A DNA stretch of 27,119 nucleotides from Candidatus Eiseniibacteriota bacterium (GTDB lineage Bacteria; Eisenbacteria; RBG-16-71-46; DASYSL01): positions 1 through 27,119 of the forward strand of contig JANPEF010000145.1 in NCBI GenBank assembly GCA_031431875.1. The letters are read 5' to 3'. A program made the position numbers and the translations under genes. The notes beneath the pieces were generated by a model. The model made no database searches and had not been told where the DNA came from. It saw only the letters and a program-made list of their open reading frames with translations. This document shows, piece by piece, positions 1 through 8,321 of this stretch (position 1 is the first letter of the stretch; every line of letters starts with the position of its first letter).

Positions 1-1254
1 GCAGTGCGGGTACGAGTGGCGCATCGTGCCACGCGAGAGCAGGAGCCCGCGTTCGTCGAGCCAGCCGGTGATCGGCCCGTTGGCCTTGAACACGAACTGC
101 CCCGCGAAGGGTGCCGCCTCGTCGGTGAGCACGCCGCCGGCATCGACGGGGCAGAGCACCTCGAAGCCGTGCTTGCGGCCGACCTGGAAGTCCTCCTTGC
201 CGTGGCCCGGGGCGGAATGGACGAACCCCGTGCCCTCGTCGGCGCTCACGTACGGCCGGCCGTCGACGACGGGGGAGGGCCGGCCGAACGGATTCTCGAA
301 CGTGGCGCCGAGCAGCTCCGCGCCGGTCACGTGCGCGAGCTCGGGGAGGGCGCGGCCCGTGCGCTCGCGCAGCGCCTCGGCGCGGGCGGTGGCGACCAGC
401 AGCGTGCGCTCGCCGTCGTCGAGCACGGCGTACTCGAGCGTCGGGTCGGCCATGACGAACAAGTTGGCCGGCAGCGTCCACGGGGTCGTCGTCCAGATGA
501 CGACATGCAGCGCGCGAAAGCGCGCCGCGAGGCCGCTCGTCACGTCGCGATCGGCCACCGGTGGAGGCGACGACGGCCATTCCCCCCGCCACGCTGGGAA
601 CATCACGAACAGCGACGGTCCCTCGTCGTCCTGGTACTCGATCTCGGCCTCGGCCAGCGCGGTGCGGTCATTCGGGCACCAGTGGATCGAGCGCAGCCCG
701 CGGTAGATCGCGCCGCGTGCGGCCAGCTCGCCGAACACCTCGACCAGCGTGGCCTCGAACGCGCCGTCCATCGTCAGGTACGGGTGCTCCCAGTCGCCGA
801 GCACGCCCAGCCGCTTGAACTGCGCCTTCTGGGTCGCGACCCAGCGCGCTGCGTAGGTGCGACAGGCGGCGCGCAGCGTGGCGGCGTCGGGGCGCTCGCC
901 CCGCTTGCGGAACTCGGTCGACACGTTGTGCTCGATCGGCATGCCGTGGTTGTCCCAGCCCGGCACGTAGGGCACATACTTGCCCTGGAGCAGGTGGACC
1001 TTGCACAGCGCGTCCTTCCAGATCTTGTTCGCCGCGGTGCCCAGGTGGATGTCGCCGTTCGAGTACGGCGGGCCGTCGTGCAGCACGAACGAGCGCGCTG
1101 GATCACCCGCCAGCGGGCGCCGCTCGCGCTCGAGGCGGCCGTGGACGTCGCGCGCCTCCCAGAACGCGAGCCACTCGGGTTCGCGCTGCGGCAGGTTGGC
1201 CTTCATCGGGAAGGCGGTCTCGGGCAGGTGGAGCGTGTCGCGGTACGTGCTCAC
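1..1254 (-). CDS. ileS: Isoleucine--tRNA ligase (IleRS type 1), N-terminal 418 codons; continues beyond the window edge
   Basis: Manual translation from GTG at 1254 (GGAGG RBS just upstream) gives MSTYRDTLHLPETAFPMKANLPQREPEWL...FVLHDGPPYSNGDIHLGTAANKIWKD...YVPGWDNHGMPIE, which are IleRS1 hallmarks. An Ile T-box lies upstream. Confidence 0.97.
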   Translation of the reverse strand, partial: MSTYRDTLHLPETAFPMKANLPQREPEWLAFWEARDVHGRLERERRPLAGDPARSFVLHDGPPYSNGDIHLGTAANKIWKDALCKVHLLQGKYVPYVPGWDNHGMPIEHNVSTEFRKRGERPDAATLRAACRTYAARWVATQKAQFKRLGVLGDWEHPYLTMDGAFEATLVEVFGELAARGAIYRGLRSIHWCPNDRTALAEAEIEYQDDEGPSLFVMFPAWRGEWPSSPPPVADRDVTSGLAARFRALHVVIWTTTPWTLPANLFVMADPTLEYAVLDDGERTLLVATARAEALRERTGRALPELAHVTGAELLGATFENPFGRPSPVVDGRPYVSADEGTGFVHSAPGHGKEDFQVGRKHGFEVLCPVDAGGVLTDEAAPFAGQFVFKANGPITGWLDERGLLLSRGTMRHSYPHC

Positions 1255-1279
1255 GGCGGGCCTCCGCTGGGCGTGGATG

Positions 1280-1565
1280 CGACGACGCCCCGACGAGTTT
1301 GGGGACTCGTCGGGGCGAGATCGTGCGCTCGCGGTACCACCCGACTTCGCCGTCCCGTCGCCGGGGCCGGCCTCGTGCGCGCCTCCGGGGTGGAGATCGC
1401 GCGACCCTCTGTCGGGGGGCTGTCCGTCCGCGCCTACCAGACGCGCCGTGCGTCGTTCGGGCGGCAGCTCGGGGGTGATGTTCGGTCGGGGCTCCGCTCC
1501 GGGCTCACACCGTCCCCGGATCGCTCGTGCGGGCAGGCCGACGTACTCGTCCCCATCATCGCCTT
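1280..1565 (-). ncRNA. T-box riboswitch, Ile-specific
   Basis: Minus strand has stem I (GCGATGATGGGGACGAGTA...AGCGATCCGGGGACGGTGTGAGCCCGG...GAACATCACCCCCGAGC) with specifier ATC at 1479-1477. The T-box AAGTCGGGTGGTACCGCG is at ~1347-1330, with antiterminator GTCGGG/CCCGAC plus GCGAG/CTCGC and a competing 13-bp hairpin at 1286-1317. Confidence 0.93.
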
Positions 1566-1583
1566 GGCTCGTGTGTCGTTCCT

Positions 1584-1612
1584 AAAATGACCGAGCCGCC
1601 CCGGGCTGTCAA
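1584..1612 (-). promoter_or_regulatory. sigma70-type promoter for the T-box/ileS transcript
   Basis: TTGACA (1612-1607), 17 nt, CATTTT (1589-1584), directly upstream of T-box stem I. Confidence 0.6.
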
Positions 1613-1652
1613 CCCTGGGCGGCTCGTGGGGTCGCGGGTCGGATCGCTTGGG

Positions 1653-2888
1653 CTACAGCTCGCGCCAGGCGATCGTCTGGATGTTGCCGCCGTACTTGGA
1701 GATCTTCTGCTGGATCGCCTCGGTCGAGAACAGTACGATCGCCGATCCGTTCGCGATCTTCACCATCGTCTTCCCGTTGACGACCAGCCCGCCCAGCAGC
1801 CAGCAGTTGCCGTTGATCGTCACGTCGCCCTCGGCGTAGATCAGGCCACGCCAGGTGAAGTTGCCGTTGAGCCCCAGGTCGCCGTCGACGTAGAGGAAGC
1901 CCTCGCCGTCCCCGCCGTTGTACGAGAAGTCGCCGCTCTTGTTCTGCTTCACGTTGTCGTTGTCGAGATAGAAGATCCCCTGCGGAGTCGCCGGCTCGGT
2001 TGCATAGCGGGTGCCGACCCAGGGCCAGAACACGGCCTGTTCCATTCCCAGGACGTCCCATGGACCCGAGTAGAACCCGCTCTGGTGGGCCCGCTGGCCC
2101 GAGGGTTCCCCCTGCACGGTCGGTGAGCCCTGCTGGGTGATCGCGTTCGACGACCACGCGCCCGGCAGGCAGGTCGTGTGCGCCGTGGTGGCCCACCAGG
2201 CGCCGATGCCCGTGTCGCAGGCCGGCGGCCCGAGCATGGCCGGTGTGTCGATGCGATGGTCATGCCCGCAGATCTTGATGTTGCCCTTGAACGAGATGGC
2301 CACGTTGGCTGCGACCGCCGCGCGGGCCATGACGTTGACGCGGCTGCGCGTCACTTCGGCATAGATGCTGCGATAGGCACCGTTGTTGCGCCCGGTCGAG
2401 TTGACCACCCAGATCGGGTTGCCGGTCGACTCATTGATCTTGGGCGTCGCTAGGTCGTCGTAGCGCTGGATCGTGTTGCCGATCCGCTTGTACTTGATCG
2501 ACAGGACGGTCGGGTTCTTGGTCGCCGACGAGTACGGCAGATACGCGCCCGCCGGCTGCAGCGTCGGCAGCGACGTCGTATCCGTGCCCGACACCGGGAT
2601 CGAGCCCGACACCGTGTTGTAGATCAGGTGGACGTTGCGCGGGTTCCCGTCGTCGAGGATGTCCCCGTTGCGGATCCGCAGCATCGCCTCCTGCATGCCG
2701 GCCTCGGCCACGGTCAGCGACTGCGTGTCGCGGATCTTGTAGCCGGCCATCTTCGTCTCGGTGTTGACGTTCGTCATGAGCGCCGCGGCGATCACGGTGA
2801 GCACCAGGATCACCATCAGGGCGAGCACGAGCGCCATACCCCGCTCGTCCCCGGCCCCCGTCGCGCGCTGCTTGCGCTGGCCTTCCAT
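1653..2888 (-). CDS. pilX: PilX-like type IV minor pilin with C-terminal beta-solenoid repeats
   Basis: ERG|MALVLALMVILVLTVIAAA prepilin leader lacking E5 (typical of PilX) and the A-E-A-G motif (VAEAGMQEA). C-terminal LYVDGDL/IYAEGDV/VVNGKT repeats. AAGGAG RBS favours ATG 2888 over 2915. Confidence 0.8.
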   Translation of the reverse strand: MEGQRKQRATGAGDERGMALVLALMVILVLTVIAAALMTNVNTETKMAGYKIRDTQSLTVAEAGMQEAMLRIRNGDILDDGNPRNVHLIYNTVSGSIPVSGTDTTSLPTLQPAGAYLPYSSATKNPTVLSIKYKRIGNTIQRYDDLATPKINESTGNPIWVVNSTGRNNGAYRSIYAEVTRSRVNVMARAAVAANVAISFKGNIKICGHDHRIDTPAMLGPPACDTGIGAWWATTAHTTCLPGAWSSNAITQQGSPTVQGEPSGQRAHQSGFYSGPWDVLGMEQAVFWPWVGTRYATEPATPQGIFYLDNDNVKQNKSGDFSYNGGDGEGFLYVDGDLGLNGNFTWRGLIYAEGDVTINGNCWLLGGLVVNGKTMVKIANGSAIVLFSTEAIQQKISKYGGNIQTIAWREL

Positions 2889-2911
2889 CGTCGGCTCCTT
2901 CCCTCGCCCGT

Positions 2912-5896
2912 TCATCGGATGAACACCAGGAGCGCACCGGTCGTCGCGCTCGTCTTCGTGGCCACGGCCATGTCGGTAAGCAGCGAGCCGGCAGTCGTCG
3001 GGTTGAGGCGATAGTTGAAGTTGTTCACCGTGATCGCCGGCGCCATGAAGTCGTGGCCGCCGGCGGCCGGGTCGACGCCCGACAGGGGCAGCACGCCCAG
3101 GTCGAGGTAGAGGATCCGGACGCCGCCGGTGTAGACCGACTCGCTGGTGCGGAACCCGTAGACGATGTCGTCGCGCGCGGCGCCACCGAAGTCGCCCTTG
3201 TTCAGCGCGAGAACCGGGCCGCTGGTGTCATAGGTCTGGGCCAGAAGGAAGCTGCCGCCGCCGGCGCCCTTCCAGTACTGGATGTTCCCGGCCACCGAGC
3301 TCACGCGGGTGCCGATCACCAGGTCGACGATGGCGTCGAAGTCGACGTAGGTCCAGGTCATGGAGGTCACCTCGCCGACCACGTCGAAGGTGCGCACGTG
3401 CCGGTAGCGGTTTCCCGCGGCGCGCGAGTTGTACCCGAGCACGTGGACCCGGCCGAAGCCCGGCGCGATTTTCGTGCCGACGATCATGTCCTTGAGGCCG
3501 TCGCCCGTGACGTCGACGAACGAGATGGCCTTGACCTCGCCCAGCGCGCCCGAGGGCAGGTTGCCGTTCGGCGGGTAGGTCTCGTCGCGCAGGAACGTGC
3601 CGATGCCCGAGTTGATCCACGTCTCGAGCGTGCCCGTATTGGCGGTGCCGGTCGTGCCGACGATGAAGTCGTTCGTCGTCGAACCGCCGAAATCCTGGAT
3701 GACGATCACGTTGGCATCGCCGGTGTTCTGGGTCTGGTAGAGGACGGGCAAGTTCGTCGGCGGGGGCGCGAGCTGGCCCAGGTTGCCCGACGAGTTCTGG
3801 TTCATCCACACGGCGATGTTTCCCGAAGGCTTCCTGGCGAGGCCGGTGACCACGTCCTCACGCTGCGACGGCGCCGTGATGTCGAGCGGACCCACGGCCA
3901 CCGACAAGGCCGAGGACTGGGCGTTGCGCGTGTAGGTCGGCGCGGCCGCGAAGCAGGTCGAGACCGTCGGCGGGTTCCAGCCGTTGAACCACACCGCGAT
4001 GTTCGGGTTCGAGACGTACTCGGAGCCGAGAATCAGGTCGATGTCGAACGAGCCCTTGGTCGCCCACTGGCCGTCCGAGCCGGTCCAGTCTTTCTCCAGC
4101 AGGTTGCCGCTCGACAGCGACAGCACGCGATCCGCGTTGAGCGTGATCTGCGTGAAGTTCGACATGCCGAAGTTGTTGCCGGTGAGCACCTGCGACGTGG
4201 CAATCCAGATCGGCGAGAGCATCACCGCCGTCGTCGGATAGTAGCCGCCAGGCGGAATGACCAGGACCTCGTACGGGGTCGCCGCGTCGGGCATGTTGTT
4301 GGGCGCCTCGACCGAGTAGTGGCCGGTCGAGTCGGTGTTGCCGAACGCCAGCGTCACGCTGCCGTTGAGCTTGGTGACGCCGACCCAGACGCCGAGCATC
4401 CCGGGTTCGCCGGTGTCCTTGATCCCGTCGCGGTCGAGGTCCTTGTAGACGTAGCCCTCGACCGTTCCGCTCGTGCCGCGGACCAGCTCGACGTAGTTGA
4501 GCGTGCTCATGTTGTTCGTGATCGCGACGCTGGCCGGGTTGGTCGAGTAGACGACCATCGACTCGGGCGCGGTGTACGTGGCGCTATGGGTGCCCGGGGG
4601 CAGGAACGTCTCCATCGCACCGGCGCCGTTCGATCGGTTGGTCTCCCCGCCGACGCTCACCGTCACTCCATCGACCATCTCATCGCCGTAGTCGAGGACG
4701 TGGTTGCCGTTCTGGTCGACGAAACACGAGTCCATCAGCCAGCCGCCCGTCCGCGCCGTGTCGGCGAAGCTGTGCATGAAGTCGCCCGGGTTGGCCAGGA
4801 AGTCGACCGTGATCGAGTCGCTGGCAAACGCGGCAAAGCCGGCCGGGGCGATCTGCTTCACGCCGTATACCGCCGGCGGGCCGGTCAGCCGGTAGTAGCC
4901 GAGGGAATTCGAGGTGCTGACCGAGACCGTCCCCATGCGCACCATGGCGTCGGGGATCCCGGGCTCGCCCACGTCCTTGTCGCCGCTGCGATTGAGGTCG
5001 TTGAAGATCCAGCCCTCGACCGAGTATAGCGTCGAGCCGGCGTTGGGAACGTTGCGGATCGAGTTCACCTCGTTGGTCAGCGTGGTGCGCGTGTACTCAC
5101 CGTCGGGGTCGGGGCGGCGCGCCTCGGTCGTGACCTGGAGCTCGACGCGCGAAATCTCCTCGAGCCGATCCAGCGGCACCGGTCCGTCGGACCAGTCCCA
5201 GGGAGTGTCGCTCGAGCCCATGTAGACGGTGAACAGGTGCGGGATCCCGGCGCCAGGACCGCGAACGAGCCCGACCTTCTCCTTGGAACCGCCGTTGTTC
5301 CCCGCCAGGTTGCCTGAGCTGTCGCCGTAGACGGCGCGCGCGAGGACGAAGTCGTTGGGGTTGGCCGTGCGCTCGGCCTCCTCGGCCAGCGCGTCGGCCT
5401 GGTCGCCCGCGTCGATCGCGCCGTCGTCGTTGAGGTCGAGCGTGTAGCGGATCGTCTCGGCGCCGGTGGCATAGCGCACCGTGGGCTCGTAGGCCGTCCC
5501 GTCGAGGACCGGCGGAAGCGGTGTGCCCGTGGGGCTGAGCGCCAGCGGCGAGAGCAGCGTGTCCGCCATCGGCAGCAGGTTCGCATTGATCACGAGCTCG
5601 ACCGAGTCGACGTAGGCGAACGCCAGCTGGGCAGGAGAGGCATTCGTGTCGGTCTTGTAGCCCGCCGAGCGGATGTCGTTGGCCAGGATGTCCGAAATCG
5701 TGCGCGCGTTCTGCTGCGCCTCGAGGCGGGCCTCCGTGACGGACTTGGAACGCTGGCTTCCGATCATCACGGTCGCAAGGACGGCGACCACGATCGCGAG
5801 CAGCACGAGCGTGACCATCATCTCGACCAGGGAGAAGCCGGCGCGGGGCGGTCGCGTCGGAAGGGAACGGCTCGAGTCGGTGCGCATGACGATCAC
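2912..5896 (-). CDS. pilW: PilW-like prepilin (N-methylation site) fused to ~3 SdrD B-like domains and a C-terminal FG-GAP/VCBS-repeat region
   Basis: G|FSLVEMMV leader and PilW-type ANDIRSAGY. SdrD-B-like motifs VEGWIFNDLNRSGDKDVGEPGI, FVDQNGNHVLDYGDEMVDGVTV and VEGYVYKDLDRDGIKDTGEPGM. FG-GAP motifs DVTGDGLKDMIVG, DFGGSTTNDFIVG and GDFGGAARDDIVYG. GTGA overlap with the upstream gene. Confidence 0.8.
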   Translation of the reverse strand: MIVMRTDSSRSLPTRPPRAGFSLVEMMVTLVLLAIVVAVLATVMIGSQRSKSVTEARLEAQQNARTISDILANDIRSAGYKTDTNASPAQLAFAYVDSVELVINANLLPMADTLLSPLALSPTGTPLPPVLDGTAYEPTVRYATGAETIRYTLDLNDDGAIDAGDQADALAEEAERTANPNDFVLARAVYGDSSGNLAGNNGGSKEKVGLVRGPGAGIPHLFTVYMGSSDTPWDWSDGPVPLDRLEEISRVELQVTTEARRPDPDGEYTRTTLTNEVNSIRNVPNAGSTLYSVEGWIFNDLNRSGDKDVGEPGIPDAMVRMGTVSVSTSNSLGYYRLTGPPAVYGVKQIAPAGFAAFASDSITVDFLANPGDFMHSFADTARTGGWLMDSCFVDQNGNHVLDYGDEMVDGVTVSVGGETNRSNGAGAMETFLPPGTHSATYTAPESMVVYSTNPASVAITNNMSTLNYVELVRGTSGTVEGYVYKDLDRDGIKDTGEPGMLGVWVGVTKLNGSVTLAFGNTDSTGHYSVEAPNNMPDAATPYEVLVIPPGGYYPTTAVMLSPIWIATSQVLTGNNFGMSNFTQITLNADRVLSLSSGNLLEKDWTGSDGQWATKGSFDIDLILGSEYVSNPNIAVWFNGWNPPTVSTCFAAAPTYTRNAQSSALSVAVGPLDITAPSQREDVVTGLARKPSGNIAVWMNQNSSGNLGQLAPPPTNLPVLYQTQNTGDANVIVIQDFGGSTTNDFIVGTTGTANTGTLETWINSGIGTFLRDETYPPNGNLPSGALGEVKAISFVDVTGDGLKDMIVGTKIAPGFGRVHVLGYNSRAAGNRYRHVRTFDVVGEVTSMTWTYVDFDAIVDLVIGTRVSSVAGNIQYWKGAGGGSFLLAQTYDTSGPVLALNKGDFGGAARDDIVYGFRTSESVYTGGVRILYLDLGVLPLSGVDPAAGGHDFMAPAITVNNFNYRLNPTTAGSLLTDMAVATKTSATTGALLVFIR

Positions 5897-6351
5897 CTGC
5901 GGAAGTACGTGACGAGGTCGATGGTGTCGGGCGTCTGGTACGTCCAGACGACCCGGGTGGTCACCTTCTTCATGTCCGCGAAGGAGCCGCTCTGCGCTTC
6001 GACGACCCAGTAGCGAATGAACGTTCCTTCGTCGACGAGCGACAGCGTGTCGCCGTCCGAGTCGGGGTGCGTCCCGACGTCGAGGTCCGCGGCGGACCAG
6101 GTCTGCAGGCGCAACTGCTCCATCTTCTGCTGGGCCAGGTCCGCAGCCGAGGTCCGCATCCGATCCCTCATCTGCGTGCGCGAACCGAGCGGAAACATGT
6201 TCGCGATGGTGAGAATGCCGATGCCCAGGAGGACGAGTGCGACCATGAGCTCGATGAGGCTGAAGCCGGCCGAGGCATCGTTCCGCCCGGGGGAGGCGGG
6301 GCGACGCGGCGGCAGGGGGCGCGGCGTGCGCACGAACGAGCGCGGGCTCAC
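5893..6351 (-). CDS. pilV: PilV-like type IV minor pilin
   Basis: G|FSLIELMVALVLLGIGIL and AADLAQQKMEQLR (PilV-type helix), C-terminal KVTTRVVW. GTG start at 6351 overlaps the upstream stop (GTGA). Confidence 0.8.
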   Translation of the reverse strand: MSPRSFVRTPRPLPPRRPASPGRNDASAGFSLIELMVALVLLGIGILTIANMFPLGSRTQMRDRMRTSAADLAQQKMEQLRLQTWSAADLDVGTHPDSDGDTLSLVDEGTFIRYWVVEAQSGSFADMKKVTTRVVWTYQTPDTIDLVTYFRR

Positions 6352-6818
6352 TGCCACACCGATCCGGACATGTCGACGTTGATCTGGATCGTGTCGGGGT
6401 TCGCGGTCGTCGAGATCAGCGACATCGTGCCCGAGGCGCTGGGTCTGCCGTCGGGGCTGTAGATGAAGTAGTTGATCCCGCCGAAGTTCGGGTTCTTCAC
6501 CAGGACGGTCGACGGGAGGTAGAGCGGACCCCGCCACTGCGTCGATCCCCAGCCCGAGCCACCCTGCCAGCGCTGCTCGCCGATCCAGTAGTAGTTGACG
6601 TCGCCCCAGGTCCAGAACCACATCTTGCTGTTGTTCGACACGGCCTTCTGCCGCGCCAGGCGCATCTCGCCCGCGATCCGGCTCGCCGAGCTGCGCAGGC
6701 GCGCCTCCGTCAGGTAGCGATTGAGGGACGGCGTCGAGAACGCGAGGATCAGCCCCGCGAGCAGGACGACGACCGACAGTTCGACGAGCGAGAAGCCCTT
6801 TTGATTCCGCAACGACAT
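6348..6818 (-). CDS. fimT: FimT/FimU/GspH-family minor pilin
   Basis: MSLRNQKG|FSLVELSVVVLLAG, ASRIAGEMRLARQKAVS, YSPDGRP...SG; GGGAGG RBS before ATG 6818. Confidence 0.85.
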   Translation of the reverse strand: MSLRNQKGFSLVELSVVVLLAGLILAFSTPSLNRYLTEARLRSSASRIAGEMRLARQKAVSNNSKMWFWTWGDVNYYWIGEQRWQGGSGWGSTQWRGPLYLPSTVLVKNPNFGGINYFIYSPDGRPSASGTMSLISTTANPDTIQINVDMSGSVWQ

Positions 6819-6858
6819 CGCGTTCCTCCCGGGTGGAGACACTCCAGGAGGCAGATGA

Positions 6859-6874
6859 AGCATGTCGTGTGCCA
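6859..6874 (-). promoter_or_regulatory. sigma54 (RpoN) -24/-12 promoter of the pilin operon
   Basis: Minus strand TGGCAC-ACGAC-ATGCT has exact GG-N10-GC spacing and one mismatch to TGGCAC-N5-TTGCW, ~40 nt upstream of the fimT start. Confidence 0.7.
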
Positions 6875-7155
6875 TCGGGCGTGGATCCGGGCCCCGGGGC
6901 GCCAACTGCTTGCGGTTGCGCCTGCGGGTGGGGGGTGCAACGGGCGGATCGCGGGTGTGGAGAGGGGAATCAGGCGGATTTCATTGCATCGCGCACGATG
7001 CGGACGCGCCGGGACGCACGGCGGGATCGCGGATGGAAGTGACTGGCAAGGTGCGGCGGAGCAAAGCGCGGGAGGGCGGCCGGACGGGGATTGGCCGGGC
7101 GGCCAGCCCATGGCCAGCGTCGGGAAGGCCCCGGAAGCGCGGCAGAGGGCCGGCG

Positions 7156-7728
7156 TCAGCTCATCAGGGAGCCGCCGCTCGGCGTGTGGGTCGTGACCCA
7201 GACGATGACGGCAGGGATGTCCCCGCGATTGTAGACGGTGTGGGGGAGGTCGGAGCGCAGGTGGAAGCCGTCGCCGGCGCGCACCTCGAACGAGACGTCG
7301 CCGACGTGGATCTCGATCTCGCCGGAGACAAGGAAGCCGCCCTCCTCGCCGGAGAACGAAAACACATCGCTGTCGGTCGAGTGCGGCTGCAGCACCGTGC
7401 GCGTGGCCAGGATGCGATTGCCCGGGATGCCGTGGGTGAGCGCCTCGGACGTGCCGCGCGGCGCGCGCAGCTCGTGGACGCGACGCTCCTCTTTGGCGCG
7501 GATGAGCGAGATCTCGGGCAGGCGCTCGGTCTCGAGGAAGAAGTGCGGCTCCTTGCCGAGCGCATGCGCCACGCGCAGCAGCGCGCCGACGGTGGGCGTG
7601 GTGTGCCCGCGCTCGATCTCCGAGATGTGGGTCGCGGACAATCCGGCGGCGGCCGCGACCTGGCGGAGCGTCAGGCTGCGCTCGCGGCGCACGGCCCGAA
7701 TGCGGCGTCCGATCTCACCCTTGCGCAC
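7156..7728 (-). CDS. XRE-family HTH transcriptional regulator with C-terminal cupin domain (copy 2)
   Basis: IGRRIRAVRRERSLTLRQVAAAAGLSATHISEIERG HTH and cupin GEEGGFLVSG...GDGFHLRSDLPHTVYN. Start placed at GTG 7728 after GAGGT (the ORF track extends to 7764). Confidence 0.9.
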   Translation of the reverse strand: MRKGEIGRRIRAVRRERSLTLRQVAAAAGLSATHISEIERGHTTPTVGALLRVAHALGKEPHFFLETERLPEISLIRAKEERRVHELRAPRGTSEALTHGIPGNRILATRTVLQPHSTDSDVFSFSGEEGGFLVSGEIEIHVGDVSFEVRAGDGFHLRSDLPHTVYNRGDIPAVIVWVTTHTPSGGSLMS

Positions 7729-7735
7729 GTCGACC

Positions 7736-8317
7736 TCAGAGCCCGTACTTGGGGCAGGTGGCAAGGAAGACGACGCACTCGCCTTCGCCGCCGTTGCGGT
7801 AGGCGTGCGGGCGCGTCGACTTGAAGTGCAGCGAGTCGCCGGGATCGAGGAAGTAATCCTCCTCGGCGATACGGACGTGCAGCTTGCCCGTCACCACGTG
7901 CACGAACTCCTCGCCCTCGTGGGCGTGCTGCGGCCCGAGCGGGGCGACGCCCTGCGCGTAGGTCTTCAGGAGGATCGAGATCTCGGAGCCCGGGAACGAT
8001 TTCGACAGTGACTCGGTGCGCACCGTCACGTGCTCGTTGAAGACGACGCGGCGGTGGCCGGGCTTGGTGTGCGAGACCGGAAGCCCCACGGCGGCGTCGA
8101 TGAGCAGCGCCGAGCGCGTGCCCAGCGCGCGGGCGATCTTCTCGAGCACGCCGACGGTGGGCGAGCTCTTGCCGCGCTCGACTTCGGACAGGTGGGTGGC
8201 CGAGATCCCGACCTTGGCCTCGATGTCCTTGAGCGTGAGGCCGCGACGCAGGCGTTCCTGCTTGATGCGGCGCCCGAGCTCGAGGTGGCTGCCGGGGGCG
8301 GCGGTGGTTTTGCTCAT
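7736..8317 (-). CDS. XRE-family HTH transcriptional regulator with C-terminal cupin domain (copy 1)
   Basis: LGRRIKQERLRRGLTLKDIEAKVGISATHLSEVERGKSSP and cupin HAHEGEEFVHVVTG...GDSLHFKSTRPHAYRN. Confidence 0.93.
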   Translation of the reverse strand: MSKTTAAPGSHLELGRRIKQERLRRGLTLKDIEAKVGISATHLSEVERGKSSPTVGVLEKIARALGTRSALLIDAAVGLPVSHTKPGHRRVVFNEHVTVRTESLSKSFPGSEISILLKTYAQGVAPLGPQHAHEGEEFVHVVTGKLHVRIAEEDYFLDPGDSLHFKSTRPHAYRNGGEGECVVFLATCPKYGL

Positions 8318-8321
8318 CGGC

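Noticed and set aside
1036..1047. HLGT instead of HIGH in IleRS
   Set aside because: Common natural variant; no evidence of altered function
4..1590. 528-aa + strand ORF
   Set aside because: Antisense shadow of ileS and the T-box; no recognisable motifs
3053..5029. 658-aa + strand ORF
   Set aside because: Antisense shadow of the pilW fusion, expected in high-GC DNA
6820..6851. Hairpin CCTCCTGG/CCGGGAGG that could sequester the fimT SD
   Set aside because: The predicted sigma54 TSS (~6848) truncates the 5' arm, leaving a weak stem
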